Source: Marsupella aquatica (lineage: Eukaryota > Plantae > Marchantiophyta). From it: 64,000 nucleotides of DNA. The notes below the pieces were generated by a model, which saw only the letters and a program-made list of their open reading frames with translations, did not search any database and was not told the DNA's origin. A program made the translations under genes and the position numbers. The DNA lies in the NCBI GenBank assembly GCA_973895155.1, contig OZ316893.1, forward strand, positions 12,354,359-12,418,358. The letters are read 5' to 3'. This document shows positions 11,758 to 25,071 of the stretch, piece after piece (positions within the stretch are counted from its first letter, which is position 1; each line of letters opens with the position of its first letter).

Positions 11758-12628
11758 GTGACAACGTGGATGTGACACCAATTTATTTCTCTTTCGATGC
11801 AAGCGAGATTTGCAATAGGGCAAACACAGAACGAGTTGAAGAGAAGAAAGCCTAAAAGTCGAAAGGCATAGTTGTGTCCTTGAATGAAACTTCCTAAACA
11901 CTGGATGGCATAGTTGCGTCCTTCAATGAAACTTGCCCTCTTGCCCTGTCAAATTTACAGAACCCACTTGTCCTGAAATGTGTATAATATTTTTAGGAAG
12001 GGACTATTCAGGTCTATATAGAGAAAATCTCAGACTTTTTGTGGGAAATTATAGACATGAGAAATAACACTACCAAATTTCAACTCCCTGAATATAAAGG
12101 GCTTTGCAACCATGACAATAAGATAGATAGGAATGGAGACAGGGGCACATGTTCAAATACACATTATAGCCAGCACTTGGTTTAGAGATTTAATTAACTC
12201 ACATTAAGCCCCTTACATAGTAGAAATGGGTTCGTATTCATTGTAAATTTGCAGATAATTGTATATAATTATTTTATAATCTATTTGGAATGATGTAATC
12301 TTATTCACACATTATCAATGGTCCTTGAATGGAGATGAAATATTTTTATAAGTATGATCCCTATCCTACAATTCTTTGTGAATTATTAAATAATATAAAT
12401 ATGTATTATTGATTAATATAATACTAATATGATTTGGCCTATAAAGTGTACATTTAGGGACACAAAAATGTACATTTGGGCATCTTGAAGTGTACATTTG
12501 GGACCATGAAAGTGTACATTTCAAGACTGATTTGTGAACAAAAGAAAATACACTTTTAATGAAAACTCTTAATTAGCCTCTTTGGAGGTAACCCTTCTAT
12601 GCCCTGGATTACGAGGCTTTCGACATCA

Positions 12629-12649
12629 ACACACACACACACACACACA
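12629..12649. repeat. (AC)n microsatellite
   Basis: About 10 AC units. Confidence 0.9.
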
Positions 12650-12779
12650 GAGGCTTTAAAACTTATACAAATCAACACAGCGAAAATGCTCTTCTGAAAT
12701 TCAAAGGCCGCACACACAATTGATGGAAAAGGGGAATGAAGGATCATACTACTCGTTGGAAGGTACGACTATGCATGGT

Positions 12780-15700
12780 TCTCTGCACACCGACTCTTGG
12801 TTTAGGAACCCTCTTTACAAGTTTCCAACTCAATTTTCCTTCTTGTTGGTGGAGTCTTCCATGAGATCTTCCATGTGGACAGGTGGACCGAACTCTTCCC
12901 AGTCTTCCAGAGTTCTTAGCGAGAGGTTCAAAACTTTAGATCCTTAATCAGGGAACTGTAGCATTGGCTCCATAACTTAAGATTCTACCCCCTACTCTAC
13001 TACTGATAACATACACCTAACTCTGCTCAGCTGTTTCCATTGTATCCTCAACAGGCCTAATTAACTGGATGCCAAGTTGTGCTGCAAAGGCTGCTTTGAA
13101 CCCTGCCTCATCTATGGCACGTTGCTCGACTACTTGAATGCGATGTTGTGCCCATCGCTGCCTCCTCCATGCATTGCGCTGACGAAGGCGTCTCTCTCGC
13201 CACGATGTCCTCTTCGTGACACTCCTCGTGGGTTCCCACCTCCCATTCCTGTTCAATTTTCCATCTCATCGTTGATTGCATCACGGTTGGGGGAAAAGAC
13301 GAAGAGGTATGCCTTGGATACTGCTGGCGCACTTCCCCACCTAAGCAAAGGGCTTTCATTCTTTAGAAACTCAGCCGAGATCATCAAATTGTACATTCTG
13401 GCAGCAGAGGATCTGGCTCGACTGAACAATTTCCACATGATTAGACCTTGGCACTTCATCTCTATATTCATAGTCACATCAATCTCGTTGCCCTCCCGGA
13501 CCTGTCTACTACTTCCACTAGGGTGCGTGTGTAACAGTACCACCTGAGGTATCGGGGATCTTTTAACATCACACTATATTGATGCCAAGATGAACATCAT
13601 CAAGCCACTCCCTTGCCTGCTGGAGGAAGCTTAAGGGTGGGTCAGCATCCTGCCTAGGCATCCGCACTCAAAACCCCGGATTATGGTGCCAAATTGAATA
13701 ATACCCTTGCATGTGTTCCGGATCAATGGTCATACCATATGTACCTCCATGTGGTTCCACAAACTAGTCAATGTAATCCTGAGGAGGCGATCGCAATGTC
13801 CAGAGCATCGCTGGGCCAAAATAGTTTCCTAGTCTGTAATTATGGACACTAGCTTCTAACCACCTAATCACTTGGTCAGTGGGTGTTACTTCGTCCCAAA
13901 ATGATGACTTTTCCCATACATAGTTTTCTACATCCTGCGGATTAAAGGTGAATTCATCTGTCCGGATGAGTTCTCCTTGGCAAGCTATGGCTGTTGGATC
14001 CTTCTTTAACTCATAAAAATATTCCATAGCCTCATAACTAAGTTGGGGAAGGATAGATCCACAAAACTCATCCACTCATTGGATACATCAACGAGGGAAG
14101 TGTAAAAGGGATTAAAAACAACATGCATCTCATTTCGCATGGTCGCGTTCCACTTATCTCTGCTCCTCTCATAAATATAATCATCCTTGGAAGAGTATAC
14201 TTCCCACAATTAACAGGGACCTCCCTCTTGGCCCAAGTCTCTAATACAAGAGGCACAAGCTCATGTATTTTCCGATGAAGTCCAAGGCTATTGAACTTCT
14301 GATTGTGTTTCCTCGAGGCATCCGGATATTGTAAGTCCGCATCCCTTAGAAGGACCAAATAATCTAGATTGGCTGGATGCTCCCGTTCTAGTTTGGATAG
14401 TAAAATCTGTGTGACTCTGCTATTAGCTCTTCCTCCCAACCTAAAATACAAATCCTTGGGTTTTAGGACTCCAATGCATCCGGACCATTCAAAAATGGTA
14501 GCATGTAGCATATGCAGAGAGGTATTTCAAACCACACTTGGTCAATATCCACTGGTCGTATGGCTCTCTTGTTAATTCCTGCACTTGCTAGTATGACGCG
14601 CATGGTCTCTATTCCCATAGCTTCATCCACCTCAATTTCTGCACGGACATCTACCTTGTGTGTTGAGAAGGACTTCCAGGAATTGATGCTCACTTTCCTC
14701 AACAGGTCCACCTTCCTCTTGTTGGTGGAGTCTTCCATGGCTTCTGCTAGTAACTTTGCTGCAGTAGCCGCTTCCTCCCTTAATTCTTGTACTTGGATAT
14801 CCCAATCCTCATACGTAGTCTTGGGTATCCGCACAAACTGATCAAAATGTTGGACCAACTCCTTCCCGACTACTTCTCTCAACCACCTTGCTCGTTCTTT
14901 GCCACTTCTTTGTGCGCTGGCTTCAAGTGCTACTATGTACCCTTTTTTCTCTTCCAATTGTTCCTGGAATGTCTTGCCAATTGCTTCTTTATGCTAGAGC
15001 TTTTGCTCGTACTTGACCTTCTCTTCAGTTGCCATAACCACTTTCTCTTGGAGTGCAGTTACATACTGCCCACTCTCTGTCAATTGTCGGGACAATTGTG
15101 CTACAAGAAAATCTCCTTCTTTCACCCGTTGCTCGAGCTCTATTTCCTTCTTCCGCATTTCTTTCACCCGTTGCTCTAGCTCTGTTTCCTTCTTCTGCAT
15201 TTCTTTTGTCATTTGCTATGTCATGGGACCATACAACGCATGTTGGGTTTGTAGCTCTCTTAATTCATCCCCTAGTTTTTGTCGAATGCTCTGCTCTTCT
15301 TGCACCAGTTGATCTAATCTTGACATGGAACCTTGTGTTTCTATCAACTGTGCTTGTAATTCTTCTCCTTCTTCCTTGGCTGTTGCAACATGCCAACACA
15401 ACTCTTCGATCTTGGCCACTAGTTGCTCCTGCAATTCTTCCTTCCCTTGCTGGCTCTTTGCTACTTTGGCTCGTAAGTTTTGAACCATCTTGCTTTGCAT
15501 CTGGAAATCTCCTTGGCTTTGCTGCAAGGCCGCTTTCAATTTAGCCCCATTGTCTTTCTCTTGAGCTAACCTTTCTACTTCCTTTTCTAAGATTGAGGAA
15601 GTTTGTCGGCAGGTCGTCCTCCTCTCGAGTAATTGTTCTTCAAGCCTCACCATCTTCTCCTGTGCTTGCTTCAACTTCTCTGTGTCTTTGGTTCTACCCT

Positions 15701-17382
15701 CCGCCTCCAAGACTAGAATCCTTGCTAGTGCTTTGGTCTCCCTCAAGTCTCTCCACCAATAGCGCAGGTCCTTAGTGGTAGGGCAATTCTTGCCCATAAT
15801 TGCTTGCGTTGTGCAGGGGTCTTGAGCCTGGATAAATCAGTGGCCTCGGGTAGCTCCGAGAGGGTCGGTTGCTTCAATGTGGGCTCTCCCTCATCTTCCC
15901 CCTCTCCCACTTCACTATCTTTGGCAAAAAGATACTCTTCTCCTCTTCCTCTTGAGGTTTTTCCTGCAATGCTGAGCTCTCTCGCTTAGTGATCTCAAGG
16001 CCTCTTTGCCTCCTTCGCTCTCTGCATCCAAATTAACGGTGGGTTCTCCCTCCTCTTCTATATCCTCCTCATCTTCTTCCTCCTGTCCATTGTAGCCATC
16101 GTCGTCTACATTGTCATTTAATTTGCTGTTTCCTAGGGCTGCTACCTCCATGGCTCGTCTCATCCGAGCGTCTATTGGCTCCTCTGATTCTTCTAATAAC
16201 TGATCTTTTGCTTGGGCAATGTCTACGGAGTCTGTTAATCCCAAGTTGTTGTGCAAGACTATACTCACTACATATGCTATTAACGAAGGGAACTTTGGGC
16301 ATCCCTTTGCATCAATGGTCTCTGATAGGCAAGCCTTCCATACCTGGAGGGGATGGTATCCTCTGTCCAATATTGCTTTTGCTAACGCAAGCTGGGTGGG
16401 TGTAGAGTGATGATACCCACTCTTTATCAGCACCCACTTGGTGAAAAACTCAATGTAATTGTGTCATTTGTCATGCGCATACACATCGCTACACAACATA
16501 CATTGCTTGTCACATACATCCAAACATAGTCACACTGCCACATCACAAACACAAGAGAATGGAATACAAGTGAAACTCATGTCCACACATGTCCAAAACC
16601 CACAATAATCTTCACAGCAATCGGCACAACGATCCCGGTCAACAATACCCCATCGATCCCGCACCGATCCAATCACACACGTATGTCAAGCCAACACACC
16701 TTGCACTACTCAAGGAATCCACGTTACACAAGCGGAGCTCACAGCCACCATAGCCACACTCAAGCTCCTCTCTCTCCAAGGCTCAGCATTACAAGATAAC
16801 CTTTCAATGCCTCACAAGAGAGAACTACCCTCTCACACAAAACTAACGGAACCTTATCGGCTCATATAGCACACATACCAAACATACGGATCTAGATAGT
16901 ACGATATACTCTAACACTACCTAGAATGGTGTGACATGTTCCTTGTTTTGTATGGCACCGTACTGTATTTTGCTTTGATTTATCCGAACGTCTGCTTGTT
17001 GTAGAAAAGCGGCAGCCTGTCTAGCGTTTAAGGCCTCTACCTTATATGCAAGTGACAACTTTCCTACTACTAGCACCTCAAACATAGTGCACAAGCGCGG
17101 GTTGGAGATGTTGTAAGTTTTCCCTCCAAAAGTTATGAACATCAATTCAAGGGACATTGTCACATTGGTAATATTGGAATAAATGTCCCTAGCCTTCCTA
17201 ATAGATAGGTAGCGGTCCATTCAAATCATGCTATAGACCTTAGCCATATCCAGGAGTTGTCAACTCTCCTCGATTTCTTGTACCTCAGCATTGGAATTGC
17301 GTAGCTTCTCCTCTTTGGTTAGGACGCCTTTCTTGTTCCTGGCTGGTGGGACCTCAGCCCGATGTGCACTTGATGATGCCAT
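12780..17382 (-). pseudogene. Decayed long intronless ORF (acidic tract, long coiled coil, unknown globular region), probably a TE accessory gene
   Basis: Begins MASSSAHRAEVPP at ~17382. Consecutive minus-strand ORF pieces (16921-17220, 15915-16433, 15216-15797, 14994-15212, 14463-14957, 14068-14511, 13764-14075) are separated by stops or frameshifts. Heptad-rich E/K/Q/L segments are present. No family recognised. Confidence 0.6.
16439..16916 (-). mobile_element. Probable old solo LTR interrupting the decayed ORF
   Basis: TG...CA ends (TGGTGA...CTAACA) and an abrupt shift to CA-rich non-coding sequence. Flanks CCACT/CTACC match 3/5 with two C/T transitions. Confidence 0.45.
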
Positions 17383-17501
17383 GACTTCTAATGGACCTTG
17401 TGTCAAATGTGCCTAACAATCACAGAGTGTTGGGCTCCTTCTTTGATCACACTGATTGCCTTTGCTGACCAGGTGGTCAGCTCAAAGTTACACAATGAAT
17501 C

Positions 17502-17904
17502 TGTTGAGTATAGACGATAATCGCAACGGTAAGCACATGACATATCCAACATGCAAGTAGTCGACACAAGAGATACGTGGTTCACCTCCTTGAGGCTACG
17601 TCCACGGGAACACACAAGAGAGCTTTACTGAACTCTAAGCCCATCGGCTATACCGAGTCTCCACAATGTAAGCTCTCCCTATCTCTCAAGTGGCTCCATA
17701 ACAATGAGCCTTGGTTCTACCTCTCCAAGCACACGTGCCTCTTATGATATAGTGTGCAACTTAGTTAACCTAACCACATTGTTGTACCTAATCACGTAGT
17801 TGTACCTAACCACGTAGTTGTACCAAACCATGTTGTTGTACCAACCCACGTTGTTGTACCAACCAAGTCATACCTAACCTAGACATAAGAGTAAATACCC
17901 AACA
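17502..17904 (-). repeat. 3' LTR of Copia-2, containing 18-bp tandem repeats
   Basis: TGTTGAG...CCCAACA; internal repeats of the form ACCTAA(C/T)CAC(A/G)T(T/A)GTTGT. Confidence 0.95.
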
Positions 17905-18094
17905 ATCTTCTCCTTGACTCTGGTCTAGGGGAGAGTAATACTGCCAATGTATATGATCCCTCAGCGGGAAGTTCTGGACAAAAACCAAACCGGTTTCCCT
18001 CTCTAACTAGAGCAAACCAGAACTAAGCCGTAGCCTTATACATAGGAATGAGGAAGAGCATATATCAGTAATTACAATGAATGTTAAGAAAACT

Positions 18095-19750
18095 CTACTT
18101 GTGATGCAATTGCAAAACCTGCAATACGTCACGGTGTCTAGAGAAACTCTCCAAAGGAATCACTTTGGTAAATGCGTCAGCCGGGTTGAGTTTACCATCA
18201 ATCTTGACTACCTCAAACAAATTATCAAACACACCCTGCCTGATAAAATGGTACCTGACGTCAATGTGCTTCACTCTGCTGTCCATCACCTGGTTCACAG
18301 CAAGGTGGAGCGCACTTTGACTATAACAATGGAGCTTCACATTCCCCTGTGGCAATCTCATTTCAATTATAAGTCTATCCAACCAAATCGCTTCCTTTGC
18401 TGCTTCCGCAGCTGCAACATACTCCGCTTCTATAGTAGACTGAGCAATACACTTCTGCAAAGTAGATCTCCAACTTATGCATCCACCGCCAAGTGTGAAC
18501 ACGTATCCTGTTGTTGATCTCCTTCGGTCCAAATCTTGTCCATAGTCAGAATCTACATAGCCAATCAATGATCTAGCATTCTTTGCATTCGCATCAAATA
18601 AAAGACCATGATCCACGGTACCCTTCAAGTACCTGATAATCCACTTCACTGCTTCCCAATGTACCTTCCCTGGATTTGACATGTACCTACTCACCTTGCC
18701 CATAGCCATGGCAAGATCAGGTCTAGTGCAAGTCATCAAATACATGAGACTTCCCACTACCTTATCATAAGGAACCTTTGACATCAGCCCCTTCTCAGTC
18801 GCATCTGTGGGGCAGAAAGCTGATGATAATTTGAAGTGTGCAGCCAAAGGAGTACTTACTGGCTTGCTATCCCCCATGTTGAACCTAGCAATTACCTTTC
18901 TTGCATAACTGCTCTGTGTCAACCATAGCTTACTAGCCTCTAAGTCCCTAGTGATCTCCATACCCAAAATCCTCTTAGCTGGCCCTAGGTCTTTCATCTT
19001 AAACTCTACACTGAGCAGTGCCTTAAGCTTAACAATCTCAGACCTATCCTTGGCCGCAATAAGCATGTCATCCACATAAAGTACTAAAACAATGAACCCA
19101 AAGACAACATTCTTCACCGGTTTCAAATACACACAAGGGTCAAATACACTTCTGTGAAAACCCTGTGACCGAATCCAATCGTCAAACCGCTTGTTCCATT
19201 GTCTTGGTGACTGCTTCAACCCATACAAGGATTTCAGCAATCTGCAAACCAATTCCTCCTGTCCTCTCTTCACAAAACCTAACGGTTGTCTCATGAAAAT
19301 CACCTCTTCCAATGTGCCATAGAGGAAAGCTGTGACAACATCCATCTGATCTAGCAGCAGACCAAACATTACAACAAGTACACACAATAGTCGTATTGTA
19401 GAGTACTTAGCAACTGGTGAGAAGACCTCATTGTAATCCACACCTTTCTCTTGTGTGAATCCCTTTGCTACCAACCTAGCCTTGTAGACCTTTGATCCAC
19501 CTCCTGTGGAATTATCCTTCAACTTGTAAATCCACTTGCTGTCCACCACTTGCTGACCCTTAGGCAGCTTAACAAGCTCCCAAGTTTTGTTGTCCTTTAG
19601 TGACTGCATCTCCGTTTGCATTGCTGCAGCCCACTTCTGCTTCTCCTTTGAAGCACTGGCCTCATGAAATGAAGAAGGTTCCCCTTCTTCCGAAATTAAT
19701 GCATCATCCTCATCATCAGCTGCAAAATCATCCTCTTGCAGTTGAGATAA
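18095..19750 (-). pseudogene. Copia-2 pol, RT and RNase H portion (3' of the CACTA insertion)
   Basis: Motifs YKARLVAKGF, LYGLKQSPRQW, LYVDDML, YVDSDY and EAEY. The RNase H CD motif is altered to CYSQS. Confidence 0.93.
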
Positions 19751-22700
19751 CACTAGTAGAAACCGGGGTAATTTAGACCATACCTTATAGGACTAAGCCC
19801 ACTAAGTCCTTCTTCCATACTTTAAATGACTTGCACCCATTGCCAAGGTTTTGTTAAAGACTATAAAAGACTTTGAGTGTTTTCCGGTTTAGTTAAAGAC
19901 TATGAAAAGTAACCTTGCTACTTTGTGAAGGGTGAACACTCTAGGACATCATGGGTTTTGTTCTTGGAATCACTCTAAAGGTCCACACAAAGACTAGTTT
20001 AATACAAAGTCTTACAAGGGTTCATGATAAGAGTATACTTAAGAAGGACCGGGCGACATGCTACTTTTGGGTCTAAGTGCTTAAGGACATGCCTTCTATA
20101 TATCACCAACCTTAACTAACATTGCATCGTAAATATCCATGTAACGGGTACTTTTCATAACTTAGGGTACAATTGTACTAGAGGGCTTAGGGTGGTTTCT
20201 AACCGGAATCGGAACTAATGCATCACTATAACCCTAGCTAGGTACAACTCCCACACCATGATATATTCCGCATTGCCAACTAGTGTTGTTTTGACAGGGT
20301 CATGGGCACTAATTGACACAATGAACAGTCCACAACTTGATTGATTTGAGTGTAAATGATGGTGCCTTTTGATCCAAGATTAATTCCACAAGGGGGGGGG
20401 GGAGGGTTAGGGGGGCCCACAACTAATTAAGTGGCCATGACTTTGTCACCAAAGGGATTTATTTAAAGTTATCCTTAACCCTCTTTAGTTTTGTGTGTTG
20501 CCTAACACTCTGGCGCAAACGTACTTATTATGCTCAACGGGTCACCTCAACGGAAACGAGCTTACATGACTGCTTGCACTAAGTATTGGGTTAGGGTGAG
20601 TGTGCTTTGGTCATCAGGTGATTATTGGGTTTTTGTGAAGGGAACTATCGAGTACTTGCGCCCATGTGTTCGGGCCCCATTGTGCGACAGAACATTGTGC
20701 TTTGCTTCTATGAGTGGAGCATACGAGTAGGGTTTAGGGTTAACATTTTGCGAGGGAAGCTGGGAGGCGATTGTAGTCAATTGTTGCCATCCACTCCTGC
20801 GAGCGCTTTTGACAGTTCTACCTGCATGCCCCTTACAATTGTTTGGACAAAGGAGTTCAGCAAGTGGTTTGCGCTGGTTTGGGACCTTGACAGTCGTGAG
20901 GTGGTAAGGACATTGAGGCATCCCTGAGAAGCGCTTGATGGTAAGGACATTGAGGTGTTGGAGACATTGAGGCGTTGCGGACATTGCCTTAGAGGCTCTT
21001 GAGGCCAGTGACAGCTTTTGGCGCGAAGGCAAGCGGAGATTTGTCTCTTGCCTGAGAGCTGACAGCTTCGGATTGAGACAACGTGGGCGCACCAAGATTC
21101 AGAGAAGACTGACTGGCTGGGACCGACCGGTCTTGGGAAGTTGCAGCCGTGGAGGGACCGGGAGCGCTAAGGTACATTGCAGCTACGAGCAGCAATGCAC
21201 CTGCCATAGTGACATTGAACTGCCCTGAATCACCCTGGTTAGTCCAAACTTCCATTTGCAAGTTAGTTTTGGTAGTGGCTTTGGTTTTCTAGGCGGAATG
21301 AGCTCCGATGCCATGCATTAAGAATGTGGGAAATGCTATTTTGTAGCTTGCTACCTCATAGTGCTAATTTCAACTTCAGGTTTGCGTGGTTTTGGGCGAT
21401 AAGCTTGTGGCTCATTCGGACTGAGTGACCTTCCTGCGGGCCCTGCCCTAAGTGTTCACACTTCTCGCCGTCCCAAACTGCGAAAGGCTTCTCCCCGTTC
21501 TGTATCCCTGCTTCAGTAATTGTATTGAGGTCTTTCAATCAGTCTCATAGGGGAGGTCATTGTCTTCTCTGTAAGTTGTTGCTCCTATCGCACTACCAAG
21601 CTTGTTGAAGGGAGCTACTATCGCGAGCTGCTACCATTGCGAGCTACTACCATCGCAAGTTGTTGAGGAGAGGGCCAGTTGTTTGCGAAAGGATTTCCAG
21701 ATTGTGTCGGAGGTCCAGATTTCTTGCCTGTGGGTCCCCATGTTTGCAGTTTTTTCCTGGCTTCTTGCGCAGTGCTCCGACGTAGTACCCATGATGCTAG
21801 TCTGAACGGATTCATGAGCTGTGACTGATTTGCTGTTCAAATGATGTCTTCAACTAGAGCTACAATTAGTGTCTGCGGAGCTGCCAACCAGGTGCAGGTG
21901 TGATTGAGGTCAGTTCAACTGTTGGGTTGCCCGAATGTTCCGTTGCCATCATTTGTAACCACGAGCAATGGACTTTAGAGGCGGGATTTTCTAGGGATTT
22001 CTGCTCAACCCTTTGCTGGCTTTCTACTTTGAGGTCTATTTTGGGGTTCGGGCAAAGGGCGGAGGGCGAAGATCAAGCATTGCAGTTTTGCTAACGCTGC
22101 ATGGTGGAAATTGGACCAGCCAACTCCTTGTCTACGGTGTTGTGGAGCTGGGCGAGCTGCGACAAGGGACCAAGCCAGGCGACCTGTAAATCAAAGCCCA
22201 TTGACCGCTGCTGAAGGTTTGATGTTCTATATTTGAAGCTCTCGTTTGCTTTCTATTTGTCAGTCTTTCACAGCTGCGCATTAGTGTTGGCCCTATCCTC
22301 CGTCCCTCTACTGGCCTGCTACTGACATTTGGTTAATCATAGTTGTTCACTGCTGTGCATTAGTGTTGGCCCTATCCTTCGTCCCTCTGCTAGCCTGCTA
22401 CATTTGGTTAATCAAAATGCAATGTCTGTCTGAGTGAGCTGATCATCTCCAATGTAGTATGGGCTTGGGATTTACATATATGTTTCCTGCTTCCAGCAGA
22501 TAGGCAATTGCTTCCAAGCTCTTTGGTGCAGACGTCTCTATGGAATGCAATGCCCTATATGCCAGAGCTTTCATATATTGGCATGTTCACATTTGCTCTT
22601 GGAATATATGATCCCGAAAGCTTCATGAGCAGTTTATGTTCAGAATTCTGTTTATGTTATTGTTTCCGTCAATTGCAGCTTGGATTTTTGAATATATGTC

Positions 22701-23829
22701 CTGTCATTGATGATAGAGGGTGGTTGAGATTGGTTTTCGTTCTTCTTGGTAGTGGGTCAGTGTGTTGGCATTTTCCTCATGTCACTCATTCTCATCGGAC
22801 GAGCTGCGGATTGGTACTGAATAGTCATTTAGCCTATTGCTGCCTCCCACCGCCATTGCCGATTGCCGCTATCATCGTGTATTGCTTGCTTGCTTGCCAC
22901 TGCCTTTGTTGGTTGCCACCCTCTTCACACTCTCGCATCTATCTTCCGATATGAACGCGCAGCCAAGCCCACCAAAAGCTCTGTCCCTACAATCCCTCCC
23001 AAATCAACTTCCTTGTTTCCTACTGCTCATGATCATCGCATTGTTCTTCCCTATTTTGTTTACTTATTGGTCTCTCCACACTTGTTGCTTCACATGACTA
23101 TTTTGCTCCTCCCTGGATCCGAACATGCCTTGTGCCCAATGCTCCCACGGTGGAGTTGGGTGGTGAATAGACGACCTCAACACCATTGCAATCACATTTG
23201 GATGGGTTAGTTTTTTGCAGCTTAAACCTGTCGGGATTTTGTGCTTGTGGCGACGCTATCCTTTCTGCCACTTCATGAGTTTGTTTATGCTGCAGTGGGC
23301 GGTCTTGCGCAACTCAATGAGCCAATTTCATTTTCCCTGTGCACTTCTATTTCTCAGAGAATTCCCTGGTCATGCTCATTTGCCCCAGAGTTAGAAAACA
23401 AAGAAGAAGAAGAGCTGACTAATTGTAATTCCAATCCATATCCTGATCGGTCAAGGATTGTGAACTACATTGGCCTTGTCATTGGCCGAGGTCACCAAAT
23501 TTTGCTTGGTTTCATTCCTGTGGAGCACTGTTGTGATGGATGAATAGTTGTCGTAGCATTCTGCAAACTCTCACGGTTTGCTTATGGCCATTATTTGCAA
23601 TTTGCTGCTACTAATATGTCTCCGACTGAGCAGCATACACCGGAAGTAAGCAATAGTGGAGGTTTAACTGCACATCAACACATCCAGTGAACTACCTCTC
23701 TGCTGCTCACTGGAGGGTGAGACTTTCACTCTTTCTGGATATTGTAGTTTGTAAGCAAGTTGATTAGGAGTGTTTCATGCTATGTTTACATTGTGACCCC
23801 TAGCTGGAACCAATGGAATGACACAGTGA

Positions 23830-24402
23830 GTGGGAACTGATAATTTAAGGTTGGTTGCTGTTGGTGAGGCAAGTACAGCTCCTGCTCACCTTGCTGATCG
23901 AAGGTGCTTATCAGAGGACGTGAACACACGACACTCCACAAAAGCAACACTTATGGTGAGGACCCGCAATGCTGAACATGTGCGGCTTGCACGCAAGGCA
24001 GAGATGTTGCGCCTTGAGTATGTCAGACTTGGGATCCTTCCAGCCCAGTCTGCATGGTACTTTGAGTACCCAGTTGTTGCCAGGAATAACTACAGCCGCC
24101 CTGTACCTGCTTCTCCACCCTTCCCAACATCCTTGGTATTTTTGTCTCTCGTACATGACCCGCCACAAATTAGGGCCCAAGGGTGTGTGCACAGTTGCCA
24201 GTATGACTGTCCTGCCTGTAGGGCTTCTGGCCTAGAGTTGGATGACCGTTCTCTTGGATGTCGGTTTTTTCACAGAGCACAATGTATCATCTGGAACCAC
24301 TCGCCATCCTGCAGTGTGCCTGGCGATGTCACTTGTCCTGCCCTCCCAGACCCCACCACCGGTCACTTTGGTGTCTACACATGTTTGGATCACACGCTAT
24401 AG
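23830..24402 (+). CDS. Cys/His-rich hypothetical protein in the CACTA (start uncertain; first ATG at 23953)
   Basis: 190 open codons. The C-terminal half CVHSCQYDCPAC...GCRFFHRAQC...HSPSC...TCP...TCLDH is a possible zinc-binding fold. Co-oriented with the other cargo ORFs. Confidence 0.45.
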   Translation: MGTDNLRLVAVGEASTAPAHLADRRCLSEDVNTRHSTKATLMVRTRNAEHVRLARKAEMLRLEYVRLGILPAQSAWYFEYPVVARNNYSRPVPASPPFPTSLVFLSLVHDPPQIRAQGCVHSCQYDCPACRASGLELDDRSLGCRFFHRAQCIIWNHSPSCSVPGDVTCPALPDPTTGHFGVYTCLDHTL

Positions 24403-25071
24403 AAGACCACTTGTCACACCGCATGCACAGACCAGAGACCATTGACCTATAACTTAACACTTTGACTTGAACAGAGAGGATATTTACTTAAGATTTTGAA
24501 TTATGAGCAATTTTGGGTCCAGGGTTTACGGTCAACAGTACATAACTTATCCTATTATGGCTGCACTAAGTACAATATCCTAATTTAAGAGGCTAGCAAG
24601 CTCACTTAAAAGTCTCCTTTCAAAGACTGGAATTAATGGGCCATGTGATAACCTGGAAAAAGTGATTTATGCCTAACTTATTTGTCTCATTCACTATCAT
24701 AGCCTATTTAGGATGTATAAATTACAACCCTGATCACACTGCTTGATACCAATCCTGTTCAAAAAATGTATGTTTTACATGTCACGACTGTTATATGTGA
24801 TTCAAATGCATTAAATCTTGTTGCAGATCTCCTTTGGTGAATCATAGCCACAAAATTGAGGTGTAGGTGGAGCTATTGTACGAGGGGATCAGTTTTTAGT
24901 GTGGGCTCAATAAACCAAAAAGTATGTCTACTCTGCACATGTGTGTGAACATTTCATTGCAGTAGCAATTGCCACTCTAGTCTATATGCTACATTGTACT
25001 TTTTGTACACTGCACTAAATTGTATTGTCTGTGCACTCTACTAAATTGTACTATCTGTCTCAGGCATAGGC

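Noticed and set aside
20530-23543. Short ORFs in the left arm of the CACTA, including a signal-peptide-like stretch at 20989-21261 (minus)
   Set aside because: They overlap on both strands, are interrupted by stops, and show no recognisable motif. They cannot be supported as genes.
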